Shown here: in pieces, positions 9,078 through 16,967 of the stretch
Layout: each line of letters begins with the position of its first letter
How positions within the stretch are numbered: position 1 is the first letter of the stretch
Assembly: GCA_964510645.1 (NCBI GenBank)
Contig: CAZECJ010000002.1
Coordinates: 11,432-75,431 of the forward strand
From: an uncultured Verrucomicrobiota bacterium
Lineage (GTDB): Bacteria; Verrucomicrobiota; Kiritimatiellia; CAIQIC01; Lenti-01
Direction of reading: 5' to 3'
DNA length: 64,000 nucleotides
Notes under the pieces: model-generated
What the model was told of the DNA's origin: nothing
The model's database searches: none
What the model saw: the letters and a program-made list of their open reading frames with translations, nothing else
Position numbers and translations under genes: made by a program

Positions 9078-9256
9078 ATCCCCAACCCGAACGTCAACCC
9101 TCCCCGAACGAAGACCGGCCCGTCCGCCGCCCGTACGAGAAGCCCGCGATCCAGCGGGTGGACCTGGCGCTGGCGGAAACCTTGGGCAGCGGCTGCAAAC
9201 TGGACGGCGAATGCAACATGCCGCCCATCAACATCCGGGACGAGGTAGGCTCCTGA
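9074..9256 (+). CDS. Candidate precursor peptide (60 aa), PqqA-like leader, two Cys, C-terminal Ser
   Basis: Its ATG overlaps the rSAM stop (ATGA); ATG 9068 is an alternative start. Third-position GC is high, like the neighbouring genes. The sequence is MNPQPERQPSPNEDRPVRRPYEKPAIQRVDLALAETLGSGCKLDGECNMPPINIRDEVGS. Confidence 0.5.
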   Translation: MNPQPERQPSPNEDRPVRRPYEKPAIQRVDLALAETLGSGCKLDGECNMPPINIRDEVGS

Positions 9257-10170
9257 GGTCGTCCGTCCATCTGGACCTCGGTCCGCTGCGCATCCAGCTG
9301 CGGACGGATGGAACGGGGCCGGTGCGCTATTCCGCGCCGGCCTATGCGGGTTTTTTCTCGCCGGCTGCGCCGCGTCCCGGCGCCGATCCGCTGGCGGCGC
9401 TGTCCGTGGACGTCGCTTTCGGAAAATCGTCCGTGCCGGCCCGCCCGCCGTTTTGGCAGATCGGTCCGAGCTGGGCGGTTTGGGAAGAGGGGGCCGATCT
9501 GCTTTGCCTCGCCGGGTTCCATGCGCCGGACTCTGCGTTTTTCGGTTGCCGGGTGGCGCGCGACTTGTCGCGCGCGGAGCTCGCGGTGGATCCGCAATTG
9601 CCCGGTTCAGTTCCCGGCCAGATGGAAGCGCCGTTGCGCTATCCGCTGGACCAGGTGGTGTCCTGGGGCATGCTGTCGCGCATCGGCGGAGCCCTGCTGC
9701 ATGCGGCGGTGGCGGTGAAAGACGGCGCCGGGTACGTGTTCGCCGGCCGCAGCGGCGCGGGCAAATCCACGCTGTCGGGATTGTGCCATGCGGAAGGCTG
9801 GCGGATCTTGAACGACGACCGCGCGCTGGTGTTTCGTCGCGGCGGCGCGTGGCGCGTGGCCGGCACGCCGTGGCATGGGTCGGGCCGCTTCGCCGAAGCG
9901 GCGGACATGCCGCTGGGCGGAATCTATTTATTGCAGCAAGCGTCCGGGAACCGATTGGAGCTGGTATCGGGTTCGCAGGCGCGGTTGGCCTTGCTGGACG
10001 TGGCGGCGGTGCCGTGGTTCGAGGATTCCTGGGCACAGGGAATCCTAGATGGGTTGGATCGGCTGGTGGGGGATGTCGAAACCCGCCGGTTCCATTTCAC
10101 GAAAACGTCCGCGGCGGTACGGGCCTTGACGATTCGTCAAGACGCCCTGCGGGCGGAAGCGTGTGCATGA
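9211..10170 (+). CDS. HPr kinase-related (HprK-like) P-loop kinase
   Basis: 'LHAAVAVKDGAGYVFAGRSGAGKSTLSGLCHAEGWRILNDDRALV' matches the HPr kinase C-terminal fold pattern (H..v...G.g....G.SG.GKS......G..l..DD). The start is uncertain: ATG 9211 overlaps the peptide ORF by 46 nt, and GTG 9322 is an alternative. Confidence 0.7.
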   Translation: MQHAAHQHPGRGRLLRSSVHLDLGPLRIQLRTDGTGPVRYSAPAYAGFFSPAAPRPGADPLAALSVDVAFGKSSVPARPPFWQIGPSWAVWEEGADLLCLAGFHAPDSAFFGCRVARDLSRAELAVDPQLPGSVPGQMEAPLRYPLDQVVSWGMLSRIGGALLHAAVAVKDGAGYVFAGRSGAGKSTLSGLCHAEGWRILNDDRALVFRRGGAWRVAGTPWHGSGRFAEAADMPLGGIYLLQQASGNRLELVSGSQARLALLDVAAVPWFEDSWAQGILDGLDRLVGDVETRRFHFTKTSAAVRALTIRQDALRAEACA

Positions 10171-10589
10171 GGCGATTGACGCAACTTCCAGATTGCGTGT
10201 CGGATAGGACGCAAGGCATAGCGGGCCAACCCGGCCCAGCGGGCGAACCGGCTGTTCAGACGGTGGACGCGTCCGTCGCGGCGCACGCTTTCGGCCACAC
10301 CGAGGACGTCTTGGGCCGGAATCCAGTCGCCCCCGGTCACGGCGGCATCGCCGATCGTGTAAACCCGCTTTGTTCGTTTTTCGTTAAAAACGCATCGGTG
10401 GACTGTTATTCTTCCATTAATCTTATATAGTATAACGCTACCGCAAAATATCGCGCTGGAGGCCAACGGCTGGATGAAGATGCTCTCTCCGTCGCGGATG
10501 GTTGGAGTCATGCTCGGCCCGAAGGCCTGGAATGAAATGGGCGTGTGTTGTCGGAGCAGCGAGGTGATGATGTCCTGAATCTCGGGCAT
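10137..10589 (-). CDS. S24/S26-family serine peptidase (signal-peptidase/LexA-like fold), 150 aa
   Basis: This is the C-terminal 150 codons of minus ORF 10137..12503, starting at ATG 10589. It carries 'FGPSMTPTIRDGESIFIQPL...VILYKINGRITVHR', a Ser/Lys dyad pattern. The gene is visibly AT-richer than its surroundings. Its 3' end overlaps the HprK-like gene by 34 nt (convergent). Confidence 0.65.
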   Translation of the reverse strand: MPEIQDIITSLLRQHTPISFQAFGPSMTPTIRDGESIFIQPLASSAIFCGSVILYKINGRITVHRCVFNEKRTKRVYTIGDAAVTGGDWIPAQDVLGVAESVRRDGRVHRLNSRFARWAGLARYALRPIRHAIWKLRQSPHAHASARRAS

Positions 10590-10607
10590 GACGATGACGG
10601 GTTCCAG

Positions 10608-12521
10608 ATGAAAAAGGTAGTACAAGCCATGAACAACACAAGCATCGTTTTTCGGGCGGGTCGTTTGGCTCTCGCGGCGTTGGCGAGTTGTCTGTTGTCC
10701 TTGCCCGCGCAGGCCGCCAAACCCACGGGCGAGGCCGTCGTGGCCGCCCTGACCGGCCGGGCCCAGGCGCGCGTGTTTACCGCGCCCATCCACGAAGGGC
10801 GAACGGAAATCAAAGATTTGTTCGAAGGCGCTTCCGTCGGCGAGAACGTCCGCGTAACGACCGGAAAGGACGGGCGCCTGTGCCTGGTGTGTTCGCCGGG
10901 AGCCATCCTGTGCGTCGCGCCGAATACCGAATTCATCATCCAGCAGTTGCGCCACACGGCGGATGGTTTGCCGAAAAGCGAAGAAGACCTGATCCGCCGC
11001 ATCCACGTCCAGCTGCTCGGGGGCCGCCTCCGCGTGCAAGCGGGGACGCCCATGCCGACGCTGGACATCCAGATCGAGACGCCGGCCGGAACGGTCGCGG
11101 CCCAAGGCGGCTCGTTCGTGGTGGCGCAGGGCGGCCAAGGCCGCTGGAACGTCTTGAGCGAAGCCTATGAATTGGCGGTCACGCCCCGCAACGGGACCCG
11201 CGAACAACTCAAGGCGGGCGAGGCCGCCTGGATGGCCGCCGATGGAGAAGACCGGAGCGAATTCCAACCCGAAAGCGCCGCAGAAAACGCCGAGCTCTAC
11301 CAGTTCGAGCTCTGCAATGCCTTTTTCGCGGATTTGGAGCCTTTCATCCACCACGAGCGGCCGTTCGACCGGGAGGGGCTCGGAGATTATATCGGAACGA
11401 CCGCGCCGTTCTTCGATCTGGATTCCGGCGCGCTGGTGACGGATGCCAGTCCCACGATCCGGCCCTCGGTGTCCTCGGTCCGGCCTTCCGCCATGCCTCG
11501 GCCCGGAGAAGGGGCGCCCGGCGGACGCTGGGACGAGATCCGCATCTGGAAGTGGTTCGACGACGTCGGCACCGTGAAGGGCGTGAATTATATTCCCCGC
11601 ACCGCCGTCAATTCGGTCGAGATGTGGATGGCGGACACCTTCGATCCCGACACGATCGACGAGGAACTGGGCTGGGCCCACGACATCGGCTATACCAGCA
11701 TTCGCGTCCAGCTCCAGTTCGCGGTTTGGCAGGCCGATCCCGACGGATTCCTCGCTCGCGTGGACGACCTGTTCGACATCGCCGCGAAGCACGGCTTGCG
11801 CGTGGTGCCGGTGCTGTTCGACGATCTGAATCTGGCGGGCGAGCCGCCGCAGGTCGGGAAGCAGCCCGAGCCGGTTCCCGGCGAGCACAATGCCCGCTGG
11901 GTGCCCAGCCCCGGCGCCGACGCGGTGAAGGATCGCCGCCAGTGGCCCGCGCTGGAAAAATACGTGAAGGACGTGTTGGGCCAATTCAAGCGCGACCCGC
12001 GCGTCCTGTATTGGGACCTCTACAACACCGCCGGCAACGGCGGCTTGGGAGAGGACACGCTGCCGCTGCTGGACCAGACCTTCAACTGGGCGCGGGCGGT
12101 CGAGGCGTCGCAGCCGCTGGCAGTGCCTGCGTGGCGGGAATTCGGCAGCGCGATGGCCGCGCGCAAGCTCGAGCGGTCGGATCTGATCACATTCCAGAGC
12201 TTCGACAGCGCCGAGAGCATCGAGGCGCGCCTCCAGCTTTTGCGGCGCTACCAGCGCCCGATCATCTGCTCCGACTGGCTGATGCGCCAAGTGGGCAACG
12301 ACTTCAAGAAAGTGCTCCCGTTGTTTTCCGTCTACCGCGTGGGCTGGTTCAACCAAGGGCTCGTCAGCGGCAAAACCCACCGGCCCATCCAGGAGGCTCG
12401 CTATCGGGCGGAGAATGAGCCCGACGTCTGGCAGCAAGACGTGCTGCACGAGGATGGAACTCCATATGATCGGAAAGAAGTGGAGCTGATCCAAGGCTTC
12501 CACTTTCTCGAAGCTCCTTGA
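10608..12521 (+). CDS. Secreted FecR-domain + glycoside-hydrolase-like (TIM-barrel, GH5/clan GH-A-like) protein
   Basis: A signal peptide 'AALASCLLSLPAQA' is present. The FecR-like segment is 'GRAQARVFTAPIHEGRTEIKDLFEGASVGENVRVTTGKDGRLCLVCSPGAILCVAPNTEF'. The C-half, 'VKGVNYIPRTAVNSVEMW...GYTSIRVQLQF...HGLRVVPVLFDD...VLYWDLYNTAG', resembles cellulase/xylanase-type barrels. ATG 10629 is an alternative start. Confidence 0.55.
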   Translation: MKKVVQAMNNTSIVFRAGRLALAALASCLLSLPAQAAKPTGEAVVAALTGRAQARVFTAPIHEGRTEIKDLFEGASVGENVRVTTGKDGRLCLVCSPGAILCVAPNTEFIIQQLRHTADGLPKSEEDLIRRIHVQLLGGRLRVQAGTPMPTLDIQIETPAGTVAAQGGSFVVAQGGQGRWNVLSEAYELAVTPRNGTREQLKAGEAAWMAADGEDRSEFQPESAAENAELYQFELCNAFFADLEPFIHHERPFDREGLGDYIGTTAPFFDLDSGALVTDASPTIRPSVSSVRPSAMPRPGEGAPGGRWDEIRIWKWFDDVGTVKGVNYIPRTAVNSVEMWMADTFDPDTIDEELGWAHDIGYTSIRVQLQFAVWQADPDGFLARVDDLFDIAAKHGLRVVPVLFDDLNLAGEPPQVGKQPEPVPGEHNARWVPSPGADAVKDRRQWPALEKYVKDVLGQFKRDPRVLYWDLYNTAGNGGLGEDTLPLLDQTFNWARAVEASQPLAVPAWREFGSAMAARKLERSDLITFQSFDSAESIEARLQLLRRYQRPIICSDWLMRQVGNDFKKVLPLFSVYRVGWFNQGLVSGKTHRPIQEARYRAENEPDVWQQDVLHEDGTPYDRKEVELIQGFHFLEAP

Positions 12522-13798
12522 TGAAGCACGCCGTCGCCATTCTAGCCTGCCTGGCCGGTGCCGCAGTCGCGGTGCCTTCCGCCGGCTGGGCTGCGGACGA
12601 CGGCTATGCCGCCGGCTTCTTCACGCGCGGGGTCGATGCGGCGTCCTACATCGACCAGGGCGGGGCGGTCATCGATCCGTTCTACGTGCCCGCCAAGACG
12701 GGGGCGCTGCTGCCGCGCGTGAGCCTGGCGATGTCGCACGAAGACAACGTGTTTCTCGATCCGACCAATGAAACTGCCGGCACCTCGATCCAGCTGGTCC
12801 CGGGTCTGCTGGCCATCTGGGGACGCCCGGCGGGGAACCATGTCTACGCCGACTACGGCCTGATCCTTCCGGTCTACGAGAGCGAAGAGGAATTGAGCGA
12901 CCGCCCCAGCCACCTGCTGCGGCTGGGAAGCGTCTATCGCACGGGGAAAAGCCAGATCCAGGGACAAGTGGGCTATCGCCAACTGGAAGACGTGGATACG
13001 GTGGTAGGGGCACGCGTGGCCAAGCGGGACGTCTTGGGCGATCTGGGCGTCGAGCACCGGATCTCGGGCAAGTCCAGCGCGGGGCTGCAAGGCCGCGTGG
13101 AAATGCACGAATTCGACGCGGAAAACTATCTCGACTACAACCGCTATTATGGGGCGGGACGCCTGTATCACCGCGTGTCGCCCAAGAGCCAGGCCTTCGT
13201 GCAGGGCGGCCTCGGCCGCGACGATCCCCGGGAAGACGGCCCGCGCGCCGCCACCGATTTCTACGACCTGTCGCTGGGCGTGCGCGGCAAGCAGTCGCCC
13301 AAGTTCAATACGGCCGGTCGGGTGGGCTACATGTGGCGCACCTACGACGACGAGTTCCGCAACGATTTCGCGCACTGGATCGCCTCGCTGAAGGCCGAAA
13401 GCGCGCCGTTTGGCTTTACCACCTTTTCGGGCGAGCTGTATGCGGATATCCGCCCGGCCATCGACGCGGACGCGACCGACGTGGTGGACCAAGGGGTCAC
13501 GCTTGGCGCGGCGCGGCGCCTGTTCTCCGAGCGCCTGCGCGGAAACGCCTCGGCCACCTTCGGCCAGATCGACTACTCCGGCGCCAGCGCCGCGGAGGGC
13601 GGAAGCCAGGACGGGCGGACCGACCGCTACTGGGGATTTTCCGTCGGCGTGGACTGGTGGAGCAAGGAGCGCTTCTCCGTCGGCTTGGCCTATTCCTACA
13701 TGCGCCGCGACGGCAACGTGGACGGCGATCCGGAAGCGCAGGATTCGACCTCGTATGAACAAGGACGCTGGAACCTGCGCGCCAGTTGGAATTATTGA
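12521..13798 (+). CDS. Outer-membrane beta-barrel protein of polysaccharide loci
   Basis: A signal peptide 'AILACLAGAAVAVPSAGWA' is present. The sequence alternates in an amphipathic pattern rich in G/Y/R/D. The C-terminus '...RWNLRASWNY' ends in an aromatic residue, typical of OMPs. The start overlaps the previous stop (TGATG). Confidence 0.6.
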   Translation: MKHAVAILACLAGAAVAVPSAGWAADDGYAAGFFTRGVDAASYIDQGGAVIDPFYVPAKTGALLPRVSLAMSHEDNVFLDPTNETAGTSIQLVPGLLAIWGRPAGNHVYADYGLILPVYESEEELSDRPSHLLRLGSVYRTGKSQIQGQVGYRQLEDVDTVVGARVAKRDVLGDLGVEHRISGKSSAGLQGRVEMHEFDAENYLDYNRYYGAGRLYHRVSPKSQAFVQGGLGRDDPREDGPRAATDFYDLSLGVRGKQSPKFNTAGRVGYMWRTYDDEFRNDFAHWIASLKAESAPFGFTTFSGELYADIRPAIDADATDVVDQGVTLGAARRLFSERLRGNASATFGQIDYSGASAAEGGSQDGRTDRYWGFSVGVDWWSKERFSVGLAYSYMRRDGNVDGDPEAQDSTSYEQGRWNLRASWNY

Positions 13799-13834
13799 GG
13801 TCCAACCCATTCCAGCATTCCCTTTCCGGGAAGC

Positions 13835-14785
13835 TTGTGCTATATGAATCACATGGCGTCGCGTATGAACAGATTCGGACGGTACGGGGGGGGGCTGTTG
13901 GCTGGTCTTGCGTTCGGCTGGATGACGGGGTGCGCCAGCCCCGACCTGCCGCCGCTTCCGCCAGGCGGTCTGCTGAGCGATGCGGCCCGCCGCGTGTCGC
14001 GGGCGGATGAACCGGCCGCTCCGACGGCTTCCGAAGAGGCCGCCGCCCGGAAAACCGCCGCGAAGGCGGCCAAGAAAGAAGCGGCCTTGGCGGCCGCCGA
14101 AGCGAAGAAAACCGCCGCCGCGGAAAAAGACCGGCGCCGCAAGGCGGAGAAACAGGCGGCGGCAGAGGCCAAGCGCGCGGCCGCCGAAGAAAAAGCCGCC
14201 GCCCAAAAGACCCGGGCGTTCGCACCGGCGCAGCGGGAGGACGCGGCCTCGGAAGAGGCCCGCCCGGATGGGGTTTCCTCGGAATCCGTTCTGCAAGTGG
14301 GCGACGAAATCGACATCCAGGTTTATCGCGAGCCGGAGTTGTCCGGCACGTTCAAGATCAATGCCGCGGGCGAAATCCGCCACTCGCTCGCGGGTTCGAT
14401 TCCCATGGCAGGCAAGACGGTCGCAGAAGCCGAGGCGTTTTTCACCCGGAAACTGGCCCAAGATTATCTGGTCGATCCCCGCGTCATCGTCAAGCTGCTG
14501 TCCACCCAGAGTTCGCAGATCGTCTTGATGGGCGAAGTCGAGAAACCGGGCGTCTATCCGTTGCCCTTCGGCGAAACCATGACGCTGCTGCAGGCGATCG
14601 CCGGCGCGGGCGGATTCACCGAGTTGGCCAGCCCGGACCGGGTCCGCATCGTCCGCCGGATGCCGGACGGCCACCAGACCACGCTGAAAATCCGCGTGTC
14701 GGATCTGCTGGGCGGCAAGGGCAAGCAGCGGGACGTTTCGCTGGAGCCGAACGACGTCATCATGGTCCCCGAAGTGCTGTTTTAA
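13835..14785 (+). CDS. wza: Polysaccharide export lipoprotein (Wza-like; Poly_export + SLBB)
   Basis: A lipobox 'GWMTGCAS' is present. 'LQVGDEIDIQVYREPELSGTFKINAAGEIRHSLAGSIPMAGKTVAEAEAFFTRKLAQDYLVDPRVIV' is the Poly_export pattern and 'GEVEKPGVYPL...TLLQAIAGAGGFTELA' is SLBB. Several in-frame ATGs lie at the 5' end. Confidence 0.8.
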   Translation: MCYMNHMASRMNRFGRYGGGLLAGLAFGWMTGCASPDLPPLPPGGLLSDAARRVSRADEPAAPTASEEAAARKTAAKAAKKEAALAAAEAKKTAAAEKDRRRKAEKQAAAEAKRAAAEEKAAAQKTRAFAPAQREDAASEEARPDGVSSESVLQVGDEIDIQVYREPELSGTFKINAAGEIRHSLAGSIPMAGKTVAEAEAFFTRKLAQDYLVDPRVIVKLLSTQSSQIVLMGEVEKPGVYPLPFGETMTLLQAIAGAGGFTELASPDRVRIVRRMPDGHQTTLKIRVSDLLGGKGKQRDVSLEPNDVIMVPEVLF

Positions 14786-14819
14786 AAAGCGACAAATCGC
14801 AGGAAATTTGGCCGCAAGC

Positions 14820-16967
14820 ATGCAAAAAAACCCATATATCGCCGGCGCCGCGGAAGGTTCGGACGGAGCCCTCTCGAAATTTCCCGATTGGCGCGAAGGC
14901 GTCGCCATTCTCATGGAACGCGCCTGGCTGGGCGTGATGGTCGCCGTCGCCGTCTTTCTGGTCTTCTTCTTCCAGGCCCGCCGCCAGACGCCCTACTACC
15001 GCAGCACGGCCACGCTGCTGGTCGAGGCGCAGATCCCCAAGATCCTGAACTACCAGGACATCCTGGCCTACAACACCCGGAACCTGGAATATTTCAATAC
15101 GCACATCAATGCCCTGCATAGCCGCAACATGATGGGGCAGGCGCTGGAACGGAGCGGCCTGGCGAAGAAGCCCGGCTTTCTGGCCGGAAAAACGCCGGAG
15201 GAACAGGCCGAAGCCGCGCAGGGGTTCGTCACCATCACGGCGGTCGAAAAAAGCCGGATGATCAACATCGTCGTCGAGCATCCGGATCCGCAGATCGCCT
15301 CCGCGCTGGCCAACGCGCTGGCCCAGTCGTACATCCAGCAGGATCTCGACAACCGCATGGGCGCCTCCATGCAGGCCATCGATTGGCTTCGCGACCGGTC
15401 CGAGGAATATCGCGAGAAGCTGGAAAAGGGATTGCTCGAGCTTCAGGAGTATCGCGAGAAAACCGGATCGGTCTCTCTCGAAGAGGACCAGAACATCGTC
15501 ATCGAGAAACTCAAGGCCTTGAACGCCGTGCTGACCGTGGCCCAGACTGAGCGCATCCAGGTGGAAACGATGTGGGAGTCCGTGCAGGAACGGCTCGACG
15601 GCCAGGTGCCGATGACCCAGATCGCGGCGGTGCTGAACGACCCGGGCGTCCAGGCGGCGCTCCAGAAACTGCAGGACCAGCAGCGCGAGGTGGCCGGTCT
15701 CCAGCAGCGCTATCGCGCGCAACACCCGGATCTGCAGCAGGCCCTCGAACTGGAGCAGAAGCTTCAGAAGCAGTTCGAAGACTCTTGCAATAGCGCCATC
15801 TACGCCTTGAAGAGCCGATTCGAGATGCTGGTCGAGCGGGAACGAAATCTCCAGGCCGCGCTGGAAGAGCAGGAAAAAGCGTCCTTCGAACTGGATCGAA
15901 AACTGGTCCGCTACAACGAACTCAAGCGGAACATCGAGGCCGATCAGGAAATCCACCAGGCGGTCATCGCGCGGATGAAGGAAGCCAGCATTTCGGAATC
16001 GCTGCCGACCGACATCATCCGCCTGGTCGAAGAGGCCCGGCCCGCCAAACTGCCGTTCCGTCCGCGTCCCGGCCAAGCCATGGTGCGCGGAGCCATCCTG
16101 GGCCTGATCCTCGGCATCGGCGCGATCTTCCTGTTCTACTATGCCGACCATCGGTTCCGCCGCAACGAGGAGGTCGAGCGCCTGCTGGGACTGCCCGTGC
16201 TCTCCACGATTCCCCTGGTTTTCGACAAGACCGTCCGCGAACGCGGCCTGATCGCGCACCTCAAGCAAACCGGCGAAGTGGCCGAAGCGTTCCGCACCCT
16301 GCGCGCCAGCCTCCTGCTGCGGGAAGACGTTCGCAATGCCCCCGTCCTGATGATCACCAGCGCCGGACCGGGGGAAGGCAAGTCCCTCATTGCCACCAAT
16401 CTGGCCATCAGTTTGGCGCAGGATGGCCGCCGCACCCTGCTGGTCGGCGCCGATCTCCGTCGGCCTGTGCTCTCCAAAATCTTCGGACAAGATCGGGAAA
16501 GCGTGGGCCTCGCCGAAGTGCTCAAGGGCGAAATGGCGTGGAGGGACGCCCTGCTGGCCCAGGACGTGCCGAATCTCGACGTGATGTTGTCAGGCCGCAT
16601 TCCGTCGCATCCTTCCGAACTGCTGGGCTGCAAGCCGCTGGCCGAATTCTTGCGCGAGGCGCGGGAAATCTACCAGCACGTCCTCGTCGATGCCCCCCCC
16701 GTCCTCGGCGTCAGCGACTCGTTGGTCTTGCTGCCGAACATGGATGGCGTGCTTTTCGTGGTGCGCTATGGCGTTACGCACAGCATGGGCGCCAGCCACT
16801 CGGTCCTCAAGCTGCGGGAAAGCGGCATCCCGTGCATCGGCAGCATCATGAACGGCGTCAATCTCAACTCGGTGGCCAACTACTATTATTATCGGCGCTA
16901 CGGCGGCTATGCCTACCGGCATTACCAGAGCCAGCCCGCCGACGTTCCGCCTCCCGCCCAAGGATGA
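14820..16967 (+). CDS. wzc: Polysaccharide co-polymerase / tyrosine autokinase (Wzc/GumC-like)
   Basis: It has an N-terminal TM segment and Wzz-like coiled-coil region, a second TM segment, and a Walker A motif 'TSAGPGEGKS'. 'LVDAPPVLGVSD' and the Tyr-rich tail 'NYYYYRRYGGYAYRHY' are also present. TTG 14808 is an alternative start. Confidence 0.85.
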   Translation: MQKNPYIAGAAEGSDGALSKFPDWREGVAILMERAWLGVMVAVAVFLVFFFQARRQTPYYRSTATLLVEAQIPKILNYQDILAYNTRNLEYFNTHINALHSRNMMGQALERSGLAKKPGFLAGKTPEEQAEAAQGFVTITAVEKSRMINIVVEHPDPQIASALANALAQSYIQQDLDNRMGASMQAIDWLRDRSEEYREKLEKGLLELQEYREKTGSVSLEEDQNIVIEKLKALNAVLTVAQTERIQVETMWESVQERLDGQVPMTQIAAVLNDPGVQAALQKLQDQQREVAGLQQRYRAQHPDLQQALELEQKLQKQFEDSCNSAIYALKSRFEMLVERERNLQAALEEQEKASFELDRKLVRYNELKRNIEADQEIHQAVIARMKEASISESLPTDIIRLVEEARPAKLPFRPRPGQAMVRGAILGLILGIGAIFLFYYADHRFRRNEEVERLLGLPVLSTIPLVFDKTVRERGLIAHLKQTGEVAEAFRTLRASLLLREDVRNAPVLMITSAGPGEGKSLIATNLAISLAQDGRRTLLVGADLRRPVLSKIFGQDRESVGLAEVLKGEMAWRDALLAQDVPNLDVMLSGRIPSHPSELLGCKPLAEFLREAREIYQHVLVDAPPVLGVSDSLVLLPNMDGVLFVVRYGVTHSMGASHSVLKLRESGIPCIGSIMNGVNLNSVANYYYYRRYGGYAYRHYQSQPADVPPPAQG

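Noticed and set aside
7708-9256. A PQQ biosynthesis operon (pqqA/D/E).
   Set aside because: No pqqB or pqqC genes are present. The peptide follows rather than precedes the enzymes and lacks the conserved Glu-x3-Tyr pair. The neighbours are a kinase and a peptidase.
7708-10589. A lasso-peptide cluster (PqqD/B1 + HprK-like kinase + nucleotidyltransferase).
   Set aside because: No Asn-synthetase-like lasso cyclase and no transglutaminase-like B2 protease occur anywhere in the window. A radical SAM enzyme occupies the maturase position.
10590-12503. The upstream 638 codons of minus ORF 10137..12503.
   Set aside because: Only the last 150 codons (from ATG 10589) look like a protein (S24/S26 peptidase). 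The rest is antisense to the FecR-GH gene and is low-complexity.
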